DNA of 60,584 nt, counting the filler, from Sphacelaria rigidula (Eukaryota), in the NCBI GenBank assembly GCA_964200075.2. It is 10 parts of 10 records of this genome, joined end to end, with 100 filler letters (N's around TTAATTAATTAA, not from the genome) between each part and the next. Parts side by side here need not be neighbours in the genome. Positions count along the whole stretch, not along the records: positions 6,070 to 12,038 come from CAXNAA020023119.1; positions 12,139 to 18,107 come from CAXNAA020023120.1; positions 18,208 to 24,176 come from CAXNAA020023121.1; positions 24,277 to 30,244 come from CAXNAA020023122.1; 6 more parts are not named here. The stretch is one strand, 5' to 3'. Position numbers and translations under genes: made by a program. Shown piece after piece: positions 11,791-24,599 of the stretch (positions are counted from its first letter, which is position 1; each line of letters begins with the position of its first letter). Under the pieces are notes generated by a model. That model saw nothing but the letters and a program-made list of their open reading frames with translations, searched no databases and was not told where the DNA came from.

Positions 11791-12224
11791 GGGTACCAAT
11801 TCGAATGTGCGTGTCGTAGGTGAGCTTCGGTCGTAGTCTGCACCTAAAAGGGTGGGAAGACCGAGAACGCCGGTACGGAACCCTGGGAGTAAACGAAATA
11901 CTGGCGTCGTCAAGGGCTAAAGAACTTGTGTAGCTTGGCTTGATGCTGTCGAACTGCCCAAATGTCAGGCACGAGCCAAAGTACAGGTGCAGATATCATT
12001 TTTTCGTCCGCGTTGGAACTTGAACGGAAAACCTTGACNNNNNNNNNNNNNNNNNNNNNNNNNNNNNNNNNNNNNNNNNNNNTTAATTAATTAANNNNNN
12101 NNNNNNNNNNNNNNNNNNNNNNNNNNNNNNNNNNNNNNCTGGTAAGGATTAGCAAGGACGGTATTGGAAAGGCGAGCCTTCGCCTGTGACCACGGGTTCG
12201 CGAGATCGGACTAATGTGCAGAAA

Positions 12225-12258
12225 TAATAATAATAAAAAAAAAAATGAAAAATAAATA

Positions 12259-12314
<56 letters not shown>

Positions 12315-12315
12315 A
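12225..12315. repeat. (AAT)n microsatellite, possibly the tail of a retroposon 3' end at 12139-12224
   Basis: Long AAT run next to the contig start. Confidence 0.85.
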
Positions 12316-15300
12316 ATAAATAGCTGACGTGAAAGCGTATCAGTGTGCAGCCGGACAAGGTACAGATATGTGCCAAAGCACAGTGCACACGCAGGCAACG
12401 ACAGCAATCCCGCAGCTTGAGAGACCTGCCGACAGTGTGACCATGGCCCGTTCTTGTGGGTAACTACCAGGCGGATGTAGGCCAATACGTATAACAACGA
12501 GCGGTGGACAATCCCAGGCCTAACCGGAACAGAGCAGAATCCCAAGAGGCAGAGATTCCCGTGTAGGGGCCATCGTCTGCTGCAAAAAGGAGCGGAAACT
12601 GTGCATGCAGCGCTCACCGGGACAAAAGAAATGCTTGTGCGCGTGTTTGATCCATTCATCCTGGGCAGCAACATGTTCTACTCGTACTGCTGATGTTCCT
12701 GGTAGGATGGTGGTGCGTTCTGTTTCCGACTACAGTAACTGTCTTCTCGCTCCGCCGTGACTTATTTGCCCGTCCAATCCGAAGCTGTGGAACAGCCGCG
12801 TGATTGTGGCTACAGTCCTTCATGAGTTGGGATTGTGGTTGTCGGAATGACGAAACAAAACTTCCAATATTTAGCGGTCAGCCGCGGAAAGGTAACAGAG
12901 AGTGTGGTAACGTGTACATGTTTGGGGGCTGACGGGAAACCTGCGGACAGGCACGTCGATTGCCAAAACCCGGTGAAGTCGTCGCCAAACACCAGTGAAA
13001 GCCGAATTGAGTTGTTATCAATAGGTGCACCGCGCGTGTCGTTTGCCGGAATCCATTGGTGGCGTGATTTGGCCAATCAGGCGGCTGCATTTGTTGAATT
13101 TCTCAAGCGGATTTTGAGCTATACCGTATTTTTGGCGAAAACGCAGGCGGTATACCGGTTTTTTGCAATGGCCCGTTCGTTGTAGTGGCGTCCCTCCAGC
13201 GGGCCTGGTCAGAGTACCCACAACACAGCTGGGCGCGGTATAGGTGAGGGAGAGATGTTCCCAGCCCGCTTCACCATCCACTCCGGGAGATTGCTCGGGA
13301 ACCACTTGAAGAAGTGGTTTGTGAGCTTCATCTATACTGACCAGTGGATTGTTGTGTTCCTGGCTACGTCCTCCGGTTGCACTACGACGCAGGGCTCAGA
13401 TGCCGTGCAAATCATTGTCAAACGCATTGTGCACGGTACCCCACGGTACATTGAATACGGTACACGGCACAATCGAGAAATTGAGGGACGTTAGGGAGAC
13501 TGCTTCGTCACCCGACGGACAGTACCTTTGATAGACGAAATCTATTGACGTGGCACTCTCCGTTTGAACCTATCTGTTGGCTGGATGGGACTTTCTACGA
13601 CATGTTTCTGGGATTGACTCATGCCACGGTAGAGTTGCATAACATATGTGTTAGCTTCTTTTCTCAGGTTTGAAATGTTAGAAATCCTTGATCAATTCAT
13701 TAAACCATTTGTGAAAGTTCTGAGAGCACGTAACGGTCAGCATTCCAATCGGCTAGGGATATTTCGAATGCATTCTAAAACGGGAAGGTCCTGACGCATT
13801 TTCTTGTATAGCTCCCAACTTTAGGATCCCCTCTGAGAAACATCTGGGTCGAACTGTTCATTCCCTGCCGCAGCATGGCTCGATTCCTCTCCTCAAGAGG
13901 TGGGATTTCGTTCTAAGGGCTCTGCCAGCGCTTGATCTATTCCCACGACCGATACTGTCAGATACGGTCAAAGACGGCACCCTGAGGGTGCATGTCGACG
14001 ATGGGTGATGCTGCCGTCTACGGCATCGTTTTCAGATACGAAAGAGCTTTTGCTGGGGCTCTAAACTTGCAGCTCTGACCAGTTAAGTTTAAACTGGTCG
14101 CTGGAGCTGTCAGTAAATCTAGATTCATCCAGTTAGTCGCCGAAGCCGCGAGCCCCAACGCCATCCCCCCCGGTTGGTGAGGGAGCCTCGCGAGAGCGTC
14201 ACCAGAGGCAATACAGATTACGGGACTCGGTCTGTTCTCCCATAAAATGTGAGGATAGTTGTAAAAAAGGTGACCCATCACATCGAAGAGCTAGGTGGGT
14301 TAGATTAAATTAAAACCGTATCGAAAGCAGTGAGCCATCACTGATCTATAGCATGCAGCAGAAGAGACTCTCCGTGAGGAGCGGAGGATGGGAACAAAGA
14401 AGCCAAGACTGACAGGACATCGGGATAAGAGCGCAAAATTATGTATGTCCAGGCCGACAAACACGCATGTAGTTGCATAAAAAGCCATGGTGTACTTAAA
14501 TTTTGTGGTCGCGGGTTACCGTCTGTTACTTCGGTTTTCGGATGGTGTGCAATGAAACGACAAACCTCGGGATATATCCGCTATATCGCTTCGAGGTGCA
14601 GTGAGCAGGCGTTACATCATGTTCAAAACGCTCTTTATCATGCAAGTGGGAATTGGGGTTTGGCGTTCGGCATTTCCACGCCAAGCATCCCGCCGTATAG
14701 GAGCGACAACTCCTTTCTCGTTCTTCACTTTTCTCATTCGACGGACCAGCCGCCGACCTACACGCTACGGCGGAAAGAAACGGAAAAAAATGCAGAACCG
14801 CGAGGGATCAACGAAGCAGATGGGACAAAACAAACCAGAAAACACCTAGAGCAGTCAGCTATTAAGAGTGACTAGCCCAGGGCAAACTTGTTGTTCATGT
14901 GGTATGGTACTATCACAGAACGCTAGACCTGTGCTGTACAAGTCGAGCGAAACGCGGAAGGCGAAGCACAGCTGTGCACCGCCGCTTCACGCGTCCTTGA
15001 CGCAAACAAATTTCCGTCGACGCCTTCGAAGCGCCCCCAGTCTCAATTGATACCCCATTTTCCTCTGCAAATGTGAAGTGCTGGCCTCGATTGCACGTTC
15101 AGTCACACAAGCATCTTCGTTATGAACTCGCTATATTAGAATTGGTATGAAAATAGCCAGCAACGGCAAACCTCACATAAACTGAACGAACTGGCGCCAT
15201 CGTCGCCAGTTCCAGTTTATTTCCAGATTCCACTTTAACTGATAAAATAAAATGGTCCAGGTCGATGCCCTGTAAAACATCGTACATTTGCCATCGCTCC

Positions 15301-15324
15301 ATTCGACTCCGTTCGGCCGATCCA

Positions 15325-16325
15325 GGGGAGGGTGTACTCACTCGCTGCTTGCCCTAGTGGTTTGACCATCGACCACGCCTCCCTTTCGAGACGGAGCGTC
15401 GTTCCTACTGCTAAGAGAGACACCTCCAAGATTCGGGTGCTCATTACGTTTCTTCCGCACAAGACACACAACCTTCGACATGTCTTATCCCTGTCCTATT
15501 TTGCTGTCTGTGGCCACCATCGCCATCGTTTCCTTGCTACTGTGTAACGCACCATACGAATTTATGCCACCTTCGTTCACGTTCCACATTTCCCCCTGTG
15601 GCACGTCCCGTTTCTCCTTATATAGCTCAGATTTCGCCACTATATGAGTTCTAATCTATGGCTTCGCCACAGGGGCAACTCTTCATCTACTTCCTCCTCC
15701 GTTCGACTGATGTTATATCTCTTCCTTCTTTCTGGCAAACCCAGGTCTCCCACTCGATATCGCACTTCCGGTTTTTCCGCGGAGTCCATTGGGCCATGCA
15801 GAAATGTTTTCTTCCCTATTTCTTCTCAACCCCCCTTGAATCTTCAGGTGTTTTTCCTCGTCTTGACGCCTATTTCCCCTCATTTCTATCATGTCTCTTA
15901 CTTTCGTCTTGCACCCGCCATCTTCACATATGGACATTATCTCGTCTTTGTTTCCTCCCATGTCTTTCAATACTCTCTCGACTACGCTATTCCACCTTAT
16001 TTCAGCCTAGCATTTCGTCACTTTCTTCCATACGATCGTATAAACTGTGGTTGGCAATCTCGTTCGTGGCATGCTCCTCGAGCAATATTCTCGAATCGAT
16101 TTCCTCATGTTTCGATTTGTTTCAAGTGGGTATAATCCCAACCCTGCTCTCAATGCCGTATTACTCGTCGTTTTGAACATCCAAGCATTTTCTTAGCTAC
16201 CGCCATCTGTACTGTTTCCAGCTTCTTCACCAACGTTGCATCTCCCCCCCCACACTTCTCCAGCATATTCCAGCTTTGGTACAATCACATGAATCAGAAT
16301 ACATGTTCTTATCCTTTCCATTAGT
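15325..16325 (-). mobile_element. Degenerate 5'-truncated non-LTR retrotransposon (LINE) ORF2 C-terminus and 3' end
   Basis: Minus strand translates, with frameshifts and stops, to CILIHVIVPKLEYAGEVWGG..KKLETVQMAVAKKMLGCSK/TSNTALRAGLGLYPLETNRNMRK (typical post-RT region), then a decayed CPCG..THIV knuckle; ends GGTCGATGGTCAAACCACTAGGGCAAGCAGCGAGTGAGTACACCCTCCCC. Confidence 0.85.
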
Positions 16326-18207
16326 TGATTTATGTGTGCAACCCAAGAACAGTTTTTTCATATCTCATAGGGGGGGTAGAGCCGCTCGAATTGATGATCA
16401 AAGGAAAATCGAGGTGGTCGACGCTTTGGTATGAGCGGTACTCAGGCTGGCATGCCCGCGAGTGAGGGCCGTAATAAGTCCGCGCCAAAACCGATGTCGA
16501 AAAATTGACACGTGTTCCCCATCCACAACCCCACATTACCTCGACCTGAAACATTTAGATAAGTTGGGTGAATTTTCAACCAAGGGTTTTTCGGTGCCAT
16601 CGCCCCTATCTGCGTTATGGCATAGGATCACGTGAAAAATCTTGTATGTGTGGGGGGTGGGGGTGGTAAGAAACGCCCGACTCCCATATTAAATCCGGCG
16701 TTAGCTTGGAACACGTCCTCAACCGAAAGATTTTATCGACGCGAAACCACCGACCTGCCTCAGGCCATGAAATCCAACTTGGCCTTGTCGAATATCGTGT
16801 GGCACCACCAAAGCACGCGTATCTACTCTGTTCGTTGGATGATAACGATTGTGCTCTAACAGCAAGCGAACTGCAGGGAATCGTCACCATGACCAATACG
16901 CTGAACTTTGGAAGAAGACGTCGGATGATATTCTTCATCGCTTTCTCCCCTTTCGACATTATGCTTTATACTGAACCACCGCACCGAACCGGACGGCCGG
17001 TGTGACCACCTCTCCTTCGAATCACACGCCAGTGCCATTTTCGCAGTATCACCTTTTTGATGCCGAGAGGTGAAGGTCTCGCTGACGGTACAAGGAGTCG
17101 AAAGTAATGTGTGTGTGTGTGCGCGCGCGAGCGCCTTTTACCTTGTACGGCGACCCCCTAAGCATGCTTCACGAACCACCTCAGCGACAACGGCGTGCAT
17201 ATATTTATAGCGTCTTTCCTACCGGCGAGAAGCGTTGGGTTTGCATGTGTCACTACAGGAGAAGATATCCCCAACAATATGAACCACCTGAACGCGGCGC
17301 AACTACAATGTTATCATTTCTGATACCACACTTGTAGTCCGACGCGATTTAGCACCGCATCTCACATGCTGTACGCCCCCCACCCAGATGGCAATATCTC
17401 GATATACACAGCAGATTCGTGTTGAGTTTCAGCTTGCTGCCATTCGTGCAGCCTGAGTAAGTTTGATCGCGTGTACGATGGTACATGGGAAATTGACGTT
17501 TTGGCATGTACATGATTCGCTTTTGTCTGAGCTGCATTGGGCAGGCTATCCATCGCTGGTTCGTGTACTTTTCTGGATGGAATTGAGCAGGACATTGACA
17601 ACGACCTAAATCCGGATACACAGTACAGCTGAGTATCATCGTTGTCATTTTTGCTCTGTTCATTTCTTTGACTCCGTCCGGTCGTATTTTTGGGGTGGTG
17701 GTGAAGAACGTCACACTACACTGGGTGAACTACTCTCGAGCCCAAGGGGCCCCACATCGGAATGCCACGGCACTAGGGCCACCCCCCCCCCCCCCGCCCA
17801 AGGTGAACTCATGATCATCCATGCCAAGGGGTCGAGAATGAGGAAATAACCAGATCAGCTATGCAAAAATCTTATTCTTCCCGTTTCTCCACAAACCTCC
17901 GGAAGTAAACTATCAATCGCATCACCTAGGGTCCTCCTCGACATGAGCAGCCCAAAACCAAGTAGTTTTGGTGGGTCAGTCGTTCTTGTGGCCGTAGGCA
18001 AGGGGCCATACAGACTGGAATGCGTTATTCACCGCCCCCCATTCCCGAATACCTCATTCTGGGCGACGGGCGGGGGGGGGGGGGGGGGGGGGGGGGGGGT
18101 GAGTCTCNNNNNNNNNNNNNNNNNNNNNNNNNNNNNNNNNNNNNNNNNNNNTTAATTAATTAANNNNNNNNNNNNNNNNNNNNNNNNNNNNNNNNNNNNN
18201 NNNNNNN

Positions 18208-18450
18208 CCCCCCCCACCAGCACCCGCCTTGCATTTTGGTCTCGCGGATTGAGTAATGACTACAGCACTCCCGCACCGCGTCAACTCACGCCAAACAAAC
18301 TCAGACAACCACTCTGTTTACTCGCGTGCTCACGCTTTCCGTGGTGGAAATCAGATACTACGGAGAAAAAAATTGACGCATCATCGGGAATCGAACCCTC
18401 GTTCTCTCCACCCTAATGGCGACCGTCGGACCATTACACCACCGGGGCGC
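18208..18450 (-). mobile_element. tRNA-derived SINE (tRNA-like head 18375-18450)
   Basis: Reverse complement GCGCCCCGGTGGTGTAATGGTC...GGGTTCGATTCCCGATGATGCGTC has Pol III A and B boxes; related head at 24480-24555 and a fragment near 54800-54820. Confidence 0.65.
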
Positions 18451-18487
18451 TTTACTGCGCAGCACGTGTTCCAATCTCGAGTCTCAC

Positions 18488-21400
18488 CTGCGAAAACCAT
18501 CTGATGAGCTGCATAGACAACTTTGAAAAAAGAGTCCTCGTGGTTTCATCCAAATCGACCGCCAGTCTGAGCACCGCCGGCAGCACGCGACGAAATAATT
18601 TGGAGAACTCTCCCACCCTGCCATGCTGGCCTGACGAAGGGTCCGTCGCGGTGCACCCTACCTATGGCACAGCCAACAGGGGACCACGCCGGAGGGATGG
18701 ATGCACGTAGGCCGCAAGGGAAATCGTTTGGAGGCTCCGTTGGTAGAGTATGATAATATAGAGAATACACCTGGCTGTGAGTTGTTTCGGCGGGTTTGAT
18801 TAGTTAGGTCAGACTTGGTGCATGCATCATGATGTATTGGCGATGTCACCGGTAACGTACATCCCTACAACATATCAAGAAGGGAGGGGGCTCAGAAAAT
18901 GCGCTAGAAACCAGGCGGGCGGTCTCGGTGTTTCTGCACGCAAGGCGGCACATACTAACCATTTTTGCGACATGAGACATTATCCGTTGATCATTAACAG
19001 CGACTTTACCTCGCTCTCCACCGAATCATACCCTGTTCGGTCCCATTCCAACTGTAGCGGTGCTACATGCATACATCACTTTTCTCGACTGTACACAAGT
19101 ACGACACGTGAGGTGCTTCCACCACGTCGCGATCTTGTGCTTCGTCCTTCGTGTCTTTCCGCCCAGAAACACGTTTTTTTCTTTTTGTGACGCATATTGA
19201 TTGATCCTCGAGACGCACAGTTGTGGTCATTATCCATAAATAGACGTACCCTAGATGAACCTATATGCGGTATAGATACTTCCGGAGGAGGTTTTCCCAG
19301 GGATTGCAGCAGCCCAGGCTTAATATCAGCAAGTGCAACAGCGTGCCCCCCCTGGGGTCACCAGTCCTCATGACCACTGGCAAGCCCTCGCCAGGGAAGC
19401 ATACATGCACGACTCGTGTACACCGCTCTCCGTCTGTAGGTATGACGACGTGGTCAGTTTGATAATAATTTCGAGAAACTGGCGATGTGGGAACAAAATG
19501 TGCTCCGGCGTGTGCGTGGCTGAAGTATCCACAGATTCTGTCCACTTTGGGTATCGTTTGTTGTTCACAGCTACCTGACACACGAGGAGACGCCAAAAAA
19601 AAAACATGACATTCAGCCGAGATGTCACCTGCTGCAAATTCATGGGAGTCGTTTACCGAGTGACCTCAGAAACACTCTGTTCTGCATTTCGTGACCACAG
19701 TTGCAGCCTCTGGACCCACGGCTCGGCCCAAACCGGGGGGAATACTGTGCGCTCGCACAGGTAGATAGTCTAGGGCAAGGGGAGTGAAGTATCAAAACGT
19801 TCACCATAACTATCGGATGGGGGTCCCTGTTTTCTCGCGCGCGGACCTATTTTCCATCCTGGGCTTCTCAAGAACTGCGGATACCATGCTGGTGAACAGT
19901 TTTGTGAGATCTGGTCGAGATATCTTGAGGTAAAGGGACATATCCTGGAAGTGCAGGGCTCCTCCATCACGAGAGAAATTGATGTAGACCAAGTCTCCTC
20001 GCCCGGCGGTCATGTACTCCGAGCAAGAGCAGGGCGTGGACGCGTCAGCAGGTGCGAGAATGAATGAGTCCTCCGCGTCCTGTGGGATTTTGTTCCTCCC
20101 AACGTTCGACCCGTGGTGCTACGTTTGTTCTATCGTTTCGCTTTTGGTTTCCATTCTTTTCATTTGGCAAGCGCTTCCGTTTTTGTCCACCTTGGGCACA
20201 TGTGTCTTGTGGATAATGACAACTCCTGGGGGCATCAGCGATCAGCTTATGTGCGACAATCACTCAATCAATCAATGGCTGTTCACAGCATTTTCATTCC
20301 GGAAAGAGTAAATGCCACCTCCAGCCTTCCATACGATCTCCGGACCGGAAGCCATGCAGCAAGGATCTGCCGTCTTTTCCCTCCTCCCTCGAACCAGCAG
20401 CAGATTTTAGAGCGGCGATTTTTTTTCTTGTTTTTCGTGTCACTCGTGCCTTCTACTTCCCTATCTCTTCTACTTCCTCTCGGCCTCACGCTGCTGTGAT
20501 TTGTTCTCCCTTTCCTCTCCGTCTTTCACCACTCTCATGTTTTCGTACCTAGCGTTTCCCTATCTATCTTGGGCACGTCTATCTTGTAACCACGCCTAGA
20601 TTCGTGGCCGATGAATGCACGACAGTCAATCATCGATCACATCATGTCTCGGACACTGTGAATCGCCACCTACCCAAGAGGAGTCTAGCCTACTGTTCGA
20701 TTCAGCAAGCTCCTACCCTTGCAAACGGCCACCTGGGAAAACTCCAGCTATATCGACATCAAACAGTTGTGCGCATCTACTTCCACTCTTCCAAATCTTC
20801 GCACGTTTCGCAGTCTTCCATTTTCATCGAGCTGAGAAAAATTGACGACATGATTAGTTGCACATCCTGAGAACGTTGGAAATCGGAAAAACGTGGGCTG
20901 CGGTCCATCCTCTTTGGGCGTGATAATAGCGCCGAAGACTTGTGCTGGGGACATTTCCTGGTTCGAGACTGAAATGCCATCAACTTCAACGAGGCTTGAA
21001 CATCCGAAGGAAATTATGGAGTCCCACAAGAAGTGACGTCGTAAAAAGCACGGGCGACGATTGTGTACTTACACTACATCTTCCCTCCGACTCCTGCCCC
21101 CGACGACCGCCTGAGTGGGGATGGTTGTGTCCGGGTAAGCTAACCCCAACCAGCAACCAAACTACACAACCACGCGTAGAAAAGAGTGGCATACAAAGAT
21201 TAGGTTGTGTTTTGCGTCAGCGGTGATGTAACACCAAAGCTAGGCAGTGGCCCATGTCGACAGTGATTGATTGATTATCTCACATTAGCTGATTGCAACA
21301 ATGCAGCCCGTGGTCAGGAGCAGCAAAACAAATAACAGAATAACAAAAGAAAACAAGATAATAAAAGAAACAGAAAAATACAGAAGCAACAGCGTTAGAA

Positions 21401-23733
21401 AGGGAAGAAGAAAGGAAGCAGCGACAACAGCAACAACAACAAACAACAACAAACAAACACACACACGCACAAGCAACAAGATGATTAAATCTTGCATTAC
21501 GTGCTGATGACAATGTCGAACCCCAAACTCGACCTTGCAGCCGCAGAGCTTTGCCAGTGTTTTGGGGCACTGCCACGGAGAGCACGTTGTTGGAGATGAG
21601 ACACGTGTGAGAAATCACTAGATGTGGCGGACTGGCGTTGGCGGTCGACGCGGGCTGGAAAGGAAAAGCACCGTGACCGACATGCCAAAGAAAAAACGGC
21701 CTTTTCTAGTTTGCTTTTTTCTTCCTCATTTTGTTTGTTCGTTCGTTCCTTCGCTTCACCCATCAGTCTACTCTGTGTCCGTTCCACTTTTTTTATTTCT
21801 TCACCTTCCTTCAGCGAGTATCTCCGCTTTGTTGTATCTGGAGTACGTCTAATATGTGACGCGGCTGGATCCCTGTCGGGACCAGCTCATGTCGCCCAGA
21901 GTCAATCAATTAACCAATCAAATACGACAATTGTAGACATGGAATTCAGGGCAGGCGTATGCAAAATACTCGACAATGGGACTAAAAGTATGAAGTTCGG
22001 CAGCATACCACACAATCGAAAACGCAGGGCAGATGGATAAAAGCGACCGCACAATTTACGCGCACCATGTAGACCACGAGAGCATGCAGGCATTCCGCGG
22101 CCAGGGTCTTCGTTTGTCTCGCACCCTCGTGCCTGGCCAGCTCCACCAATCTCTGCAGCACGCCATCCATGCACACTGGCAGAGGATCCATCTGATCCTT
22201 GTATGGAATCTGTTTGTATCACGTGGTCAGAGCAATTTGGAGGGTTGAAGGGGAGATGAAGTCTCCGAAATTGGAAAGAAGCCAAAGGTACGGTGAAACG
22301 CAATACTATATGATCATCGCGAAAGTGAATGATACCTGTGATCTGTACGGGACAGAATCTGCACTCTGTTCAGTGCACACCTAAACTTAAATATGGGATC
22401 TATAAATATTGAGTTTTTCTGTCGGAAACATGGATAGATCTCGCGGAATTTCCCACAAGTAATACCGAACCTGATCTACCACGCACTGCCAAGAAATAGC
22501 AGTACGTTCTAGCTGTACCGGACAAAGCACTTTGGTCAGCTCACTCTAACATCGGATTTTTTTTGTTAATCTATGACCGACGGCCTGTTCTGTGGTGCGT
22601 AACAAGCGATTTCGTATACAATTTTGTCCCACTAGATACGCCTGCACACCCCAACAGAGGCAGCGGTGCAGCCACACGAATGGCCAATTCGTTTTCCCAG
22701 TATTTGCCAAACCTGGACCCGCACTCGTTTTGTGGGCTTTCTCGCCAATTTCCTCGACATGACGCATGGGAACACGATCATCTACGTGATCCTGGTCAAG
22801 CGAACTCGTACGAACAACTCATTCGTCAAACAAAAACTTCCTCTACTTCAGTATCCCGGCTTAAATCATCCAAAAACGAGGAATGGCACAGATTGCAGCT
22901 CCGGCGTCGAGGCAACCTGAAAGTTTGGTCCTTTACCTACGGTTGAGGTTTTGGAACAAACTAACAATAACGCCAACCCTAACCCTAAGCCCGACCCGAG
23001 GAGTACGAGACCCTCGGGCGAGGGTGGTGCATAGGTTCCCCGAGGCATAGTGTGCGTTGGCAGACCTGAAATCGACGCCGCAGGCGCCGAATTCGACAAA
23101 AAACACGTTCTGGACGAGCTCAGTCCACCACTGCTCACCTGCCCCCAACCAAAACAATTCTCAGATCTTTCTCTAGTCTAAAATCAGGTGTACTGCCGGC
23201 GTCACACCTCCTAGCAGGAACGCTCGTGAACACCTGCACGGTGCTCACCAGCTGAGTTTTGGTCCAAGACTAACTTTGGTCTTGATCCAAAACAACTTGA
23301 GGCGGAAGAGGTGGGAGCTGAGAGATACGCCGCACCTCGGCGACGCCATGGAAAAGTTGAGGCAATATTCCAGCGATGTGTTCCATAGGGCATACCCGGA
23401 AGTGGGGGACGTCCGTTTGGCAAACTCAAACAATACCGGAATGTGTCCCGGACATCCCGGTATAATTACAGTAGGGCATCGAGCCCTGTCTCGAACACTG
23501 CGGTGTTGCCCGCAAGGGTGTTGACCGATATCATACCTCTTTTATACTTGTGGAAATACCCTAATCTTAGCCGGTATATCCTACAGGACACAGCCTTGAA
23601 ATATTAGCCGTCTTTTTCTAGATCAAACGGGGTTGGGTTGTGTATCCTCACCTCGAGGACGATGCGGGGCACCGTATCCCAGGCGAGCGAGTCCGACAGT
23701 GCTTGCGATGCATCGGCAGCCACAAGATGGTTC
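18488..23733 (-). CDS. PRKDC: DNA-dependent protein kinase catalytic subunit (DNA-PKcs), internal fragment, 3 exons
   Basis: Exons 23733-23652, 22209-22066 and 18661-18488 with GT-AG boundaries splice in frame to NHLVAADASQALSDSLAWDTVPRIVLE-IPYKDQMDPLPVCMDGVLQRLVELARHEGARQTKTLAAECLHALVVYM-VGCTATD...FSKLFRRVLPAVLRLAVDLDETTRTLFSKLSMQLIRWFSQ. This is colinear with the DNA-PKcs HEAT segment as recalled (AWD...LPRVxELA..DRQTKVAACELLH...FPVLLRLAxDxDxVTRQL...MQLIHWF). Confidence 0.88.
22960..23110. repeat. Interspersed repeat with CCCTAACCCTAA tract; related copies at about 52925-53100 and 53205-53350
   Basis: GTGTGCGTTGGCAGACCT matches the reverse complement of AGGTCTACCAACGCACAC and AGGTCTGCCAATGCACAC. 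Confidence 0.6.
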
Positions 23734-24276
23734 CTGTCCGTGAGAATCATCGGGCACGATCGCGAATACAGTCGCGGCAAACACCAGCAAAAAGGCCTGG
23801 GTTAGAGTCAGCAGGAGCGCTCGTTTGCTCACCAAATGCTCGATACCCATGATGATGAGAGGCGGGAGGGTGCATTCGGAAGTTCCGAGCTCCGGCGCTC
23901 AGAGGGCTAATTCGACGCTGCATTTTGTTGATACCTACATTATTGCATGTACAACACTGTTGACACGGGGGGCAACAAATCCCCGGCGCCGATGTTTCGA
24001 GCTTGGGTTCCGGAAGAGAATACACCCTGCTGCCAAACGACGCTGTGCGCAGGGAACGTTCCGACGGTATGGTTGCAACAGCGCGCGAGTCTATAAAACA
24101 TAGAGGCCCGAAATCACCATTAGCGAGGGGAGGTTTGGTGTGTGCCCATGATCATGCATGCCATAGTCATAAGGCCNNNNNNNNNNNNNNNNNNNNNNNN
24201 NNNNNNNNNNNNNNNNNNNNTTAATTAATTAANNNNNNNNNNNNNNNNNNNNNNNNNNNNNNNNNNNNNNNNNNNN

Positions 24277-24341
24277 CGTTAGGAGCCCCTGAAGTAGACA
24301 TAATTTCGCGAAAAAAGTGCACCCCTACCGTGGCATTGCTC
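24277..24341. mobile_element. End of Sola-like MITE
   Basis: GTGCACCCCTACCGTGGCATTGCTC terminus; truncated by the contig start. Confidence 0.75.
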
Positions 24342-24479
24342 AAAGTCGTCTTGAACGCGCGTGAAATACTGTAGCGCCATTACAAGATTTCCCACAATCT
24401 ACGGAGGCTATTAACGTATGTATGGTCAAGGTGCTTGGCGTGTGCGCACGTTTTGCTGTTGTTCTGCACATGATGCGCC

Positions 24480-24555
24480 GCGCCACAGTGGTCTCATGAT
24501 AAACGTGACACCGTTAGGGCGGGAAAACGTGGGTTCGATTCCCGCCAGATGCGTC
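24480..24555 (+). mobile_element. Degenerate tRNA-like SINE head
   Basis: GCGCCACAGTGGTCTCATG...GTGGGTTCGATTCCCGCCAGATGCGTC; homologous to 18375-18450. Confidence 0.6.
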
Positions 24556-24599
24556 TAGTTTTCAGCTTTTCCCCTCAAAATTATTTCATTTCCGTCTGT

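Noticed and set aside
12087..12674. 195-aa ORF with poly-Leu
   Set aside because: Runs through the (AAT)n microsatellite into the linker; no recognisable domain.
15644..16176. Plus-strand 163-aa and 172-aa ORFs
   Set aside because: Antisense shadows of the minus-strand LINE remnant.
18375..18450. Functional tRNA gene
   Set aside because: Acceptor and anticodon stems do not pair cleanly, and a diverged second copy points to a SINE.
23276..23524. Coding-looking plus-strand ORF inside a DNA-PKcs intron
   Set aside because: Short, no recognisable motif and no clear splice signals.
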